A DNA stretch of 64,000 nucleotides from Limisphaerales bacterium (GTDB taxonomy: Bacteria; Verrucomicrobiota; Verrucomicrobiia; Limisphaerales; AAA164-E04): assembly GCA_965242585.1 (NCBI GenBank), contig OZ251460.1:2574692-2638691 (forward strand), read 5' to 3'. The position numbers and the translations under genes are program-made. Shown piece by piece: positions 18,531 to 27,960 of this stretch. Each line of letters begins with the position of its first letter. The first letter of the stretch is position 1. A model generated the notes under the pieces. That model did no database searches. It had not been told where the DNA came from and saw only the letters and a program-made list of their open reading frames with translations.

Positions 18531-19277
18531 CTAGGAATGCGCCCAGCCTCGATCCACCAGAATCTCCTGTCCCGTAACGGCGCAGCTGGCCTCGCTGCAC
18601 AGAAACAGCGCTACTTCCGCCACTTCGGAAGGTTGCACCAACTCCGGAATGCACTGCGCCCGCCGAATTTTTCCTTTCACCGCCGGAGTAACAAACTCTC
18701 TCAACTGCCGAGCCGTCATCACCCAGCCGGGCGAAAGCGTGTTGACGCGAATTCCTTGCGGGCCCATCTCCCGCGCCAGCGAACGAGTAAACCCCTGAAT
18801 GCCCGCCTTTGTCGCCACATAAGCCGTCATTTCCTTCGGAGCAGTGTGAAAGGTGATGCTTGAAAAATTCAAAATGGACGCGCCTTTCTTCATCCACCGC
18901 GCCGCCGCTTGCGCCGCCAAAAAGTAAGTGCGCAGGTTGCGGGCAAACAATTCATCCCATTGCCTCGCCGTCATTTTGATGAACGGAATCCGAGGATCCG
19001 CCGCCGCATTGTTCACCAATCCGTGAATCCCGCCGCCCTGCCGAGCCGCTTGTTCCACCCAATCCCGCGTCTGCGCCTCCTTCGTCAAGTCAACCCGTGA
19101 AAAAGTAGCGTTTTCACCCAGCCTCTTGGCCAAAGCTTCGCCCGATTTCCAATCGACGTCGCCAAAAAACACCCGAGTGCCCTGAGCGCAAAACGCCTCC
19201 GCCATCGCCGCCCCGATGCCGTTGGCGCCTCCCGTAATGAGAACAACCTTTCCCTTCAAATCCGAATAAATCGCCAT
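18531..19277 (-). CDS. SDR-family oxidoreductase
   Basis: TGGANGIGAAMA (the TGxxxGIG motif) and the YVATKAG (YxxxK) catalytic motif. The start is set at ATG 19277. Confidence 0.85.
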   Translation of the reverse strand: MAIYSDLKGKVVLITGGANGIGAAMAEAFCAQGTRVFFGDVDWKSGEALAKRLGENATFSRVDLTKEAQTRDWVEQAARQGGGIHGLVNNAAADPRIPFIKMTARQWDELFARNLRTYFLAAQAAARWMKKGASILNFSSITFHTAPKEMTAYVATKAGIQGFTRSLAREMGPQGIRVNTLSPGWVMTARQLREFVTPAVKGKIRRAQCIPELVQPSEVAEVALFLCSEASCAVTGQEILVDRGWAHS

Positions 19278-19749
19278 CTTCCTCCTCCCCCTTGCAAGAC
19301 GCACAATAGATAGGCTTTCGTCAAAAAGAAAGACACTGCTCTTTCCCTTACCCAAAACCATAATCTACCGCTCTTCACTCCCCTTTTTTGGGGGGATATT
19401 ATAGAGTTTGCGGATGTGCAGGGGGTGATTTGCTCGCTGGTTTCTCTTCTCGTCAGGGGGTGTTGTTGTTGGTTTATGGGCTGGGTTGTTGCTGCTTGTC
19501 GTCGTGCATCCAAAAGCGCTTGCTGAAACGGGGGAGGGATTTTCTGTCGGGGGGTGGAACCTTCTGGCGGTTTTGGGGTATTGAAGCGAGCGCACTCTGC
19601 GCCATCAGAGCGGGTGAGCCGGCCGAGTTTTGGAGCCGTTCCCGTCCCGCAAGCCATTGCGAACCCAATCTGAGCCAACCCTGTTGGTCGCGGCTTGCGG
19701 CCTTCGGCTTCTTTTTCCATTCACTGAGGAAGAAGTGACTGGCGGCGGC

Positions 19750-22700
19750 AGAGGGCAAAGCGTCTTGGGCTTGGTTGGGGTTGGGTGGTGGGGGTTTTCC
19801 GCAGAGCCGGCAGCGCCGCTTCTTCTTCTTCGCCGTGGAACTGCCTAGCCAAAGCTACTCGCGCCGTGAATGCGCTCGGTTCCCCCTCGCGAACTTCCCC
19901 AACGCTTTGCCCTTCCCGCCGTCGTTCTCTTCTATGACACAGACGGCCTGCTCACGCTGGCTTTGGTTCATCGCCACCCCAACCAGCGCAAGCCTAAGCG
20001 CAATGTCCTAAGCCACCGCGTTTCCTTGATCCGCGAACTCCATCCGCTCCGCCTTCACCGCGCCCATCGGGACATCTTGGCCGGCTTGTCGTTGGCTGTC
20101 CGCGCCCCATGGATGAGCGCCCATTGCCAGCCGGCCGACTTTGATGCCTTAGACACGCAGGAACTCAAACCAGCGCTTCTATCGCCAGCTCTTGGCGAGG
20201 TTGGAGCGCGCCGGCGAGCAAGCCAAGCGCCCCACAACCAGCGCCCCGCAGAGCATCTCCTCCGCTTGATTGTCCGCCTGCTCTTCCTCTGGTTGCTCCA
20301 AGAAAAGAACCTCGCCGCCGAGAACTTGTTTATATAGAAAGCCAAGTGGCCGAACTTCTCACAAACTACGACCGCATGGCCGGCGCTCTGACTATTGCGC
20401 CGGGTGGCAAAACCTGTTCTTCGCCCCCTTGAACCCCAAAACAACCAGCGCAACTTCCATCTATGGCGCTACCAGAGCCAAAGAGCCAACCCGAAACAAC
20501 TTCTCCAACTCTTCAACCAAACCTCCTTCATTACCGGCGGCCTCTTCTTTGACTGCTTAGACCAACAATCCCAATCAGTGCCAACACTACTCCCTTCCCA
20601 AGCGCCTCTTCTTTGGCCACAACCCCGCCCAGCCGGGAATCCTCAATCTCATAGACCGCTATCAATTCACCATCGAAGAAACCACGCCCCTCAAGCAGGA
20701 AGTCGCCCTCGACCTCAAACTGCTGAGCCAAGTCTTTGAAAACTTATTCGCCGCCTACAACCCCGAAACTCGCTCAACCGCCCGCCAACCAACCGGCTCT
20801 TGCTACACTCCCCCGCGAAGTAGTGGACTACATGGCGGAAGAAGCGCTCGCAGAAAAAGCCAAGCCCGCCGATCCTTCCGGGAGCGCATCGGCTCCCTGC
20901 CAGACTACACCGACGCGGGCAACAACGCCTTTCCTATGGCCGTCCTGCACAAACTTACCTTAGCCTTGCACCGTTTTGACCCAGACAACCAACTTTGACC
21001 CAGCTGGCAACAACTCCAAGAAATCAGGGTCACCTTTCAACGCATCAACACTCTGACTACGGACGCAAACTCTACCTCCTCCAAAACAACACTCACGGCG
21101 GCGCCCTTCCATCCATCGCCGGCCACCTCGCCAACCTGCGCTTCTTTATCTCCTCAGCCATCGAGCAACAACCCAACCCCAACCCCCAAGAGAACTTCGG
21201 CCGCCAACCTCTGCCCAACCTAGAAACCCGCTTCCTTAGCGCCAACGCCTTGCTGTCCCTAGCCCCACCCCAACAACTCGCCCTAGCGGAAACCAAACTT
21301 GTCCGGGAACTCTAGAAGCAACTAAGTGCCAACCGCGAACAACACCTTCCACGCCTTCCAATCGTCAGGAGAAACGGGACTATCGAAACAAAGACAAAGA
21401 ACTCAGAGAAGAACTCGCCCAAAAACTGCAAACCGCCGGCTTTGATGCCGCTTCTGTCCAAAAGATCGCTGATTGGGATCCCTACGACTCCAACGCCCAC
21501 GACCCCTGGTTCGCCCCCCATTACAGGTTCGGCATCCAACATGGCTTTGACCTAGTAATCACCAACCCGCCTTACATCCAACCGCAAAAGAACAAGAGCC
21601 AACTCGCCCAAAAAACTGCAAACCGCCGGCAACCAAACCTTCATCCGCCCCGGCGACCTCTACTAACTCTTCTACGAACGCGCCGCCCACCTCCTCTCCC
21701 TCATTCCCTCCTCTGCCTCCTCTCTCTTCTAATAAGTGGTTGCGTTCCGGTTGCGGCGAGAAAACGCGCGCTTATTTGGCCTCAAAAACGAACCCAAAAC
21801 TATTATTAGACTTTGGCGGCTTTCCAGTGTTTGAAAACGCTTCGGCGGCCCCCAATATCTTGTTGGTTCGCCGAGGCAAAAGCGCCGCCGTCCGCAAGGC
21901 AGTAGATATGGATCGCCTGCCCGACAAAACCTCCCCGCCCGAAGAAAGTCTATGGAGGCCCTTCCCTCCGCAGGCAGACAAGCCGTGGTTCATCCTCTCC
22001 TCCATCGAACAATCCATCATGCACAAAATGGAATCCATCGGAACCCCATTGAAAGAATGGAATGTAAAAATTAACTTTGGCATTAAAACAAGCTACAACG
22101 AAGCCTTTGTTATTGATAATGAAACTAAAAAGAGATTGGCTGCCACAGACCCGAAATCCGCCGAAATCGTCAAGCCCATGTTGCGCGGCCGAGACATCCG
22201 CCGCTACCAAGCCAACTGGGCCAAGTTATGGCTGATTGACATCCACAACGGATGCGACGCCATTCCCGCTGTTGATATAGACGACTACCCAGCGGTCAAA
22301 AACTAGTTGGACAAATTCTATCCGCAACTGGAAAAACGACAAGACCAAGGCAACCCCCCCTACCACCAAGACTTTGAAAAAGAAAAGATAGTTTGGATTA
22401 CATTGGCCGAAAATGGACGTTTTTCCTACGATGACGGAGGAATATACTGCGAAGCTACTGCATTTATGATGACTGAGAACAGTATCAAATACCTATACGC
22501 CTTGCTGAACTCGAAACTAACTTGCTGGTTTCTTCGGCAAAATTCACCGCAACTGGATACAGAGGCCTTGCGTTGGAAAAAGGTTTATGTAGAAACCATC
22601 CCTATCCCAAAAATCCCCGCCGCCGAACAACTTCCCTTCATCCGCCTAGTCGATTGCATCCTGCAAGCCAAAGCCGCTAACCCTGAAGCAGATGTTAACG

Positions 22701-22786
22701 ATTGGGAAAAAGAACTCGACCACCTCGTTTATTCCCCTTACTGCTTGACAGAATCTGAAATCTCCGCCATAGAAGGAGGCAAATGA
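19750..22786 (+). pseudogene. Decayed type IIG / Eco57I-PglX-like N6-adenine DNA methyltransferase gene (5' boundary approximate)
   Basis: Family motifs are scattered over several frames: ALPAVVLFYDTDG, LLRLIVRLLFLWLLQEKNL, ILNLIDRYQFTIEETTPLKQEVALDLKLLSQVFENLFAAYNPETRSTARQ, TPREVVDYMAEEAL, LRFFISSAIEQ..PLPNLETRFLSANALL, DWDPYDSNAHDPWFAPHYRFGIQHGFDLVITNPPYIQ (motif IV), GDLY*LFYERAAHLL and SNKWLRSGCGEKTRAYL. There is an in-frame TAG at 22304-22306 (VKN*LDKFYPQLEKR). Confidence 0.75.
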
Positions 22787-23808
22787 AGCAACATACTAAA
22801 GAAAAGTTGATGATATACAGAGAATATCTGAAAAATTATCTCTACGTGATGTGCAACGCCAAACAGTATTCCCGCATTTTCGTTTGGGAACCGTTTGCAG
22901 GTGGTGGTTTGGATGAGAGCAACGAAGCAGGAAGCGCATTGATAGCGGCGGCAATAATAGACGGATTTAGGAAGAACTATCGAGAAACGGATATTCGATT
23001 GTTCTTAAATGAGTTAGATAACACAAGATACCAAAGTCTAAAGAGAGCGACCAGCAAGCATCGAAGTTTTGTGCGTGTCTATAACTGGGAAGCAGAGGAA
23101 TTTTTGTCTCAAGTTCATTCAGAGTTGAAGAAAATTTCACACAATCGCAATCTTCATAATTTATTTTTTATTGATCCTTATGGGTACACTCAATATTCAC
23201 GGAAAAATTTGGATCAGTTATTTGGCCTCAAAAACAGCGATTACTTGTTATTCATACCGACTTATCATATTTACAGGTTTAGTAAGAAAGAGATCAGTCA
23301 AGCCTATCGATTCGTCTCAGATTTGGGCATTAATTCCAAACAATGCAATGGGCTAGATTCTCTTGCCGAAAAATTGAAGGATAAATTAAAGCAGAAAGCG
23401 CAGACGAAATTTGGTTACCAATATAGACTGGAAAATAAAGAGGCGTCTCATAGTATATTTCACTTATTCTTTGTTACCAAACACATAAAGGGAGCAGAGA
23501 AATTTCTGGAAGCAAAAAATAAAGTAAAAGAGAAAATAGAAAGATCAAATAATCAATTAAGTTTTCTCGATCCAATGAAAAGCGAAATAGAAAGTAAGTT
23601 GCGAAAAATTCTTTTCAAAGAAATAACTAACTATAAATTATTTGAAGAAATCATCAAAATGGGTTATTTGTCAAAGGAAGTTAAACCCATTCTGAAGAAA
23701 TGGGAGGATGAAGGAGAATTGAGAATAAGAGCTGAATTTAAAAGAAAGAAAGGTTCTTATTATTTGACGGATAGCGAAAAAACCGTCTTTATCAAGGTGA
23801 AGAAGTGA
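22783..23808 (+). CDS. tcmP: Three-Cys-motif partner protein TcmP family
   Basis: 341 aa. HTKEKLMIYREYLKNYL, VWEPFAGGG and FFIDPYGY match my recollection of TIGR04474. The start ATG overlaps the upstream stop (ATGA). The gene is AT-rich (roughly high-30s % GC by eye). Confidence 0.65.
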   Translation: MKQHTKEKLMIYREYLKNYLYVMCNAKQYSRIFVWEPFAGGGLDESNEAGSALIAAAIIDGFRKNYRETDIRLFLNELDNTRYQSLKRATSKHRSFVRVYNWEAEEFLSQVHSELKKISHNRNLHNLFFIDPYGYTQYSRKNLDQLFGLKNSDYLLFIPTYHIYRFSKKEISQAYRFVSDLGINSKQCNGLDSLAEKLKDKLKQKAQTKFGYQYRLENKEASHSIFHLFFVTKHIKGAEKFLEAKNKVKEKIERSNNQLSFLDPMKSEIESKLRKILFKEITNYKLFEEIIKMGYLSKEVKPILKKWEDEGELRIRAEFKRKKGSYYLTDSEKTVFIKVKK

Positions 23809-24503
23809 GCAAGATTGAATGGACGGGGGTGACTTGGAATCCGGTGACGGGTTGTTCGAAGGTGAGCGAGGGCTGTCGGCATTGTTATGCGCATCGGCTG
23901 GCGTTGCGGCTTCGGGCGATGGGGAACCGACGATATGCCAACGGTTTTCAAGTGACGTTGCATGAAGATTTGGTGGATGCGCCGTTTCGATGGCGTTCGC
24001 CTCGCGTGGTGTTTGTGAACTCGATGAGCGATTTGTTTCATCAAAAAGTCCCAATTCATTTTCTTCGGCAAGTTTTCTCGACGATGAACAAATGCCGGCA
24101 ACATACTTTCCAAATACTCACAAAACGAAGCGGGCGGTTGCGACGGTTGGCTGGCAAGTTGGAGTGGTCGAAGAATATCTGGATGGGAGTGAGTGTGGAA
24201 AATGAGAGCGTATATCATCGCATTGAGGATCTGCGCCAAGTTCCCGCTAAGGTGCGGTTTTTGTCGTGCGAACCGTTGATTGGTCCGATGGAAAAATTGC
24301 CGCTGGAGGACATTCATTGGGTGATTGTTGGGGGTGAATCAGGACCAGGAGCAAGGCCGATGGAAGCGGATTGGGTGCGCTCCATTCGGGATCAGTGTGG
24401 GAAGTCCGGCGTTGCGTTCTTTTTCAAGCAGTGGGGCGGGGTTTGCAAGCATCAACACGGTCGCATATTGGACAATTGCACTTACGATGAAATGCCGGTG
24501 TAA
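23805..24503 (+). CDS. Phage Gp37/Gp68 family protein (DUF5131, PF07505) with three-Cys motif
   Basis: MSKIEWTGVTWNPVTGCSKVSEGCRHCYA (Cys17-x6-Cys24-x2-Cys27), FVNSMSDLFH, WVIVGGESGPGARP and FFFKQWGG are hallmark blocks of the family. The GTG start overlaps the tcmP stop (GTGA). Confidence 0.8.
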   Translation: MSKIEWTGVTWNPVTGCSKVSEGCRHCYAHRLALRLRAMGNRRYANGFQVTLHEDLVDAPFRWRSPRVVFVNSMSDLFHQKVPIHFLRQVFSTMNKCRQHTFQILTKRSGRLRRLAGKLEWSKNIWMGVSVENESVYHRIEDLRQVPAKVRFLSCEPLIGPMEKLPLEDIHWVIVGGESGPGARPMEADWVRSIRDQCGKSGVAFFFKQWGGVCKHQHGRILDNCTYDEMPV

Positions 24504-24556
24504 AGCGTAAATAATATAATAAAGATTGTATGAAGGAAGGGGAGCAGATTTTTCTT

Positions 24557-25555
24557 TTAGTGGAGTTGTTGGAGCCAGTGTTGGATTTTTTGGGAGACTT
24601 CGTTGGTGGAGTTGTTGAGGAGGCAGTGGGGTTGGGGGAAGCAGCAGTAGTCAAAGCAGGGTTTGTGGGGGCAGGGTTTGCCTTCGATGTAGGCGGCTTG
24701 AGGATGGTTGGGGAGGAACCATTGGGGGCGTTGGGGACCGAAGATGGTGAAGGTGGGGATGCCGAGAGCGGCGGCGAGATGGCCGGGTCCGGAGTCGTTG
24801 CCGATGAAGGCGGTTGCGTTTTTCAAGCGGCGGATGAGTTCGGCGAGGTTGACGGGGCAATGGACGGAGTGGTTGAGGGATTTCCATTCTTTTCGTTGGT
24901 TGGGATCGCAGAGGATTTGGGTTGTCCAGCCTATGCGTTGGAGACGGGCGGAGAGTTGGGCGTAGCGGGGAATTGGCCAGATGCGGACTGGTTGGGCGGC
25001 GCCGGAGTGAAGGATGGCGAGGCGTTGGGAAGATTGGCCGAGTAGGGAATGCGAAGGACGGTGGATGGAAAGACCGAGGGCGTGGCCAAGTGCTTCCCAT
25101 TGGGCGGCGCGGTTGGCGTTGGGATGGACTTGGGAGAGGGGTTCGGTGAGGAGGAGTTGGCTACCCAAGCGGGGAAAGCCGATGCGGCGGGGCGCGCCGG
25201 AAAGCCGAAGAACGAGGTGATCGCGGGGATCGCGGCGGGCGGAGACGGCGATGTGCGGTTTTTGTTGGCGGATTTGCCGCAGGGTTGCTTGGAGGGTTGG
25301 CCAAGGCCAGCGGCGCAGTTGGTATTTGCCGGTGAATTGAGTCCAAGGGGCGATGACGGGGAGGATGGTGATTTGGGGCCAAAGTTCTTTGGCGAGTTCG
25401 GCGGCGTGGGGTTTGGCGAGCAGGATGACGCGAAAATGGCGGCTGGCGGTTTGGAGGAAGGCGGAGCCGATGGCCAGATCGCCAATGCCCCAAAATTCGG
25501 TGACGAGGAGTGTTTTCACGGGGCGGGTTTTTGGGCGATTAGGTAGGCGGACCAA
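24557..25555 (-). CDS. Glycosyltransferase family 9 (heptosyltransferase-like)
   Basis: 332 aa. GNDSGPGHLAAALGIPTFTIFGP is the GT9 C-terminal signature. Confidence 0.8.
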   Translation of the reverse strand: MVRLPNRPKTRPVKTLLVTEFWGIGDLAIGSAFLQTASRHFRVILLAKPHAAELAKELWPQITILPVIAPWTQFTGKYQLRRWPWPTLQATLRQIRQQKPHIAVSARRDPRDHLVLRLSGAPRRIGFPRLGSQLLLTEPLSQVHPNANRAAQWEALGHALGLSIHRPSHSLLGQSSQRLAILHSGAAQPVRIWPIPRYAQLSARLQRIGWTTQILCDPNQRKEWKSLNHSVHCPVNLAELIRRLKNATAFIGNDSGPGHLAAALGIPTFTIFGPQRPQWFLPNHPQAAYIEGKPCPHKPCFDYCCFPQPHCLLNNSTNEVSQKIQHWLQQLH

Positions 25556-26175
25556 CCGATCCAGTGGATTTTGGCGGTGAATTTTTGGCGGCTGGCGGGT
25601 AGGAAGCGGTAGAATGGATAGGCAAGGGCAAAGAGCCAGTTTCTGGAGGTGCCGGAGCGAAGGATTTTGAGGCGGTTTTTTCGGGCGAGTTGGGCGAGGG
25701 CGCCTATGCTGACGATTTTGGTGTGAGTGAGGTCGTCAAAGAAGTTTAGGGTAAAGGAGCCGGAAGCGGGTCCGGCAAGGCTGGGAAGGGTGAGTGTTTT
25801 GGGATGAGGCGTTTCGAAGTAGGCTTGTCCGCCGTGTTTGAGGAGGCGGGCGATTTCGGAGATTAGGATCGTCAGGTTGTCCAGATGTTCGACCAAGTGC
25901 ATGCAGGTGACGGAGTCCATAGAATGGTTTTGCCAAGTCAGGGTTTCGGTGTTGAGGTTGGCTTGGCGGTATTGGCATCCGGGCGGATAGCGGTTTGGCT
26001 GTCCGGCGACGTCGACGGCGTAGAAGTGGAGGTCGGGGCGTAGTTCGTAGAAGTGGCGGAGGGTTTCGCCGTCGGAAGAGCCGAGGTCTAAAACATGGCC
26101 TCCTTGCGGCGTGGAGGACAGAAAGCGCGACCGGGTGTCCAGCCGAGGAAAGGCGCGGAGAAGTTTCCAGTTCAT
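25516..26175 (-). CDS. Class I SAM-dependent methyltransferase
   Basis: VLDLGSSDGE (motif I) and a Methyltransf_11-like core. The start is set at ATG 26175, which overlaps the stop of the upstream GT4 gene (ATGA). Confidence 0.75.
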   Translation of the reverse strand: MNWKLLRAFPRLDTRSRFLSSTPQGGHVLDLGSSDGETLRHFYELRPDLHFYAVDVAGQPNRYPPGCQYRQANLNTETLTWQNHSMDSVTCMHLVEHLDNLTILISEIARLLKHGGQAYFETPHPKTLTLPSLAGPASGSFTLNFFDDLTHTKIVSIGALAQLARKNRLKILRSGTSRNWLFALAYPFYRFLPASRQKFTAKIHWIGWSAYLIAQKPAP

Positions 26176-27386
26176 GCTCCGGCGGGTTTTTGGGGCTCGT
26201 TTTGGGCGGGGAAGGCGCTCGTGGAAGAAGCGGAGCGGCTTTGGGGGCGCATTCGAGAGGGCAAAGACAAATCTCGATAGATTTTTTGGTAAGATTGAAA
26301 AATCTGCGAGGCGCAGCGATGTCTCACCGAGTCGCGAATGCTTGCGGGCGGTTGGAATTCGTCTGGCGCGAAGATCGCTTTTTCGAGGCATTGTTTCAAG
26401 GATTGCGGGTCGTCCGGCCGGAAGAGCAGTCCGCAACCCGGTTTTACAATGTCCGGGCCGCCGCCGCTGTCAGAAACGATAGCGGGCAGACCCAGCGCCA
26501 GCGCTTCCATTAAAGCGACCGAACAAGGTTCGTTGACGGAGGGAAGCACAAACAAGTCGCTTTGCCGGAGTTCGGCGGCGACGTCAACGGACGAGCCGCA
26601 AAGGCGCACTTGGTCGTCCAGTCCGCATTGGCGAATCTTCTGGCGAAGCGCGGCGGCAAAGGTGCGGGATTCTGGGAGTTGGAGTGTCGGACCCCAGATG
26701 TTGCATTGGATTTTCTTTTGCAAGGCTTCGGGCAAACGGCGGATGGCTTCGGCCAAGAGGTCCCATTTTTTCCATCCGATGAGGCTGCCGACTCCAATAA
26801 GCCGGAGAGAGCGATTGGGGGAGCGGAAGCCTTGCCGTTCTTCGACCATGGGACGCTGCAAGAATTCGTCTCCGAAGCAGGCGGAAATGGTGTGGATTCG
26901 GCTGTTTGGTGCGGTGAGGCCGTAGTGTTTTGCCATGTTGGGAGTGAGGAGCGTTGTGTGCAGTCGTTTGCGATTGGCGGCCCAGCGATACAGGCCGGTT
27001 TGGCGGGCGTAGTTGTGATTGGTAAAAAGCGCGGGCCGCTTGGTGTGCCAAGAAAACAGCATGGCAACCGGCAAGGCGCCGCGGGAGTGGGCGTGAATCA
27101 CGTCGTAGTGTTCCGTTTGAAGCAGGGCCAGCAATTCGCGGGTTGCGGGGATTGCTTGTCCAATCAGGCGAAGGCGGTTGTCGGCTTCTGCTTGCGCGGA
27201 GCGGCTGTAGCGGTATTCGAGCGCGGGTTGGCGGGTCTCTTTGTAGGCTTGGTTGACCCATACAACGTGCCTCCAGCCATCTCCGGCGCTGGCGTTCTGC
27301 AAGTTGCGGATGACGGTCAGGACGCCGCCGGCATCTTCACGCTCGCCCGTCAAGTGCAGAATCTTCAAGGGATGTTGGTTCGCCAT
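26172..27386 (-). CDS. Glycosyltransferase family 4 (GT-B)
   Basis: VLPSVNEPCSVALMEALALGLPAIVSDSGGGPDIV is the EX7E-type GT4 motif. The start is set at ATG 27386 (MANQHPLKILHLTGE). Confidence 0.8.
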   Translation of the reverse strand: MANQHPLKILHLTGEREDAGGVLTVIRNLQNASAGDGWRHVVWVNQAYKETRQPALEYRYSRSAQAEADNRLRLIGQAIPATRELLALLQTEHYDVIHAHSRGALPVAMLFSWHTKRPALFTNHNYARQTGLYRWAANRKRLHTTLLTPNMAKHYGLTAPNSRIHTISACFGDEFLQRPMVEERQGFRSPNRSLRLIGVGSLIGWKKWDLLAEAIRRLPEALQKKIQCNIWGPTLQLPESRTFAAALRQKIRQCGLDDQVRLCGSSVDVAAELRQSDLFVLPSVNEPCSVALMEALALGLPAIVSDSGGGPDIVKPGCGLLFRPDDPQSLKQCLEKAIFAPDEFQPPASIRDSVRHRCASQIFQSYQKIYRDLSLPSRMRPQSRSASSTSAFPAQNEPQKPAGA

Positions 27387-27546
27387 AAGTGGACTGGTTT
27401 CGCTGTAATCTTCGCAAGCATAGTAAGCTGTCGACTCCGTTCCCGGCAAGCCGTTCCTTTGGCCGAAGTTTTTTTCCATTGGCAAAACTCCTTGCCGCCG
27501 TTAGAAAAAGAGGCGACAATTTAAATCCACTTTTATCGACAAATTC

Positions 27547-27747
27547 ATGGCAACTTATATTTACGAAACCATCCCACAAAAAAAAGGGCGGAAGCCCCGG
27601 CGGTTTGAAGTGCAGCAGAAAATGTCGGATCCGCCATTGAAGAAGCATCCGAAAACGGGTGAACCAGTCAAGCGCGTGATCACTGGCGGAAGCGGTTGGG
27701 TGACGCACGGACCGAGCATCATGTCGATGAACACCAAGAAAGCCTGA
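27547..27747 (+). CDS. FmdB-family (CxxC_CxxC_SSSS-like) small protein lacking the cysteines
   Basis: MATYIYE...RRFEVQQKMSDPPLKKHPKTGEPVKRVITGG aligns by eye to the FmdB consensus MPiYEYrCxxCGhxFEvlqkmsd.pl..CPxCGg.v.Rlis. Both CxxC pairs are replaced. Confidence 0.55.
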   Translation: MATYIYETIPQKKGRKPRRFEVQQKMSDPPLKKHPKTGEPVKRVITGGSGWVTHGPSIMSMNTKKA

Positions 27748-27960
27748 CAAAGCCTGATTTGCGGCGCCAACCTTTCCCGCCTTTTCCAAAGTCAAGCAAA
27801 TCTGCGAGAAAGATCGTGGAAAAGGCGGATTCAGAGGAATGGCCGGCAACGCTTTTGCGCGAGAACAACAGAGAACAGCCATCGCGCCATCCCCTCTTGG
27901 CCGCATCTTCCAATAGAAAAACAAAAGACGTCAAGACTTTGCCCGAACAAAACAAAGAAG

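Noticed and set aside
26562-27524. 320-aa + strand ORF, plus G-rich + strand ORFs at 24530..25546, over the glycosyltransferase cluster
   Set aside because: They are antisense to the GT9, methyltransferase and GT4 genes, which have clear family motifs and coupled start/stop overlaps.
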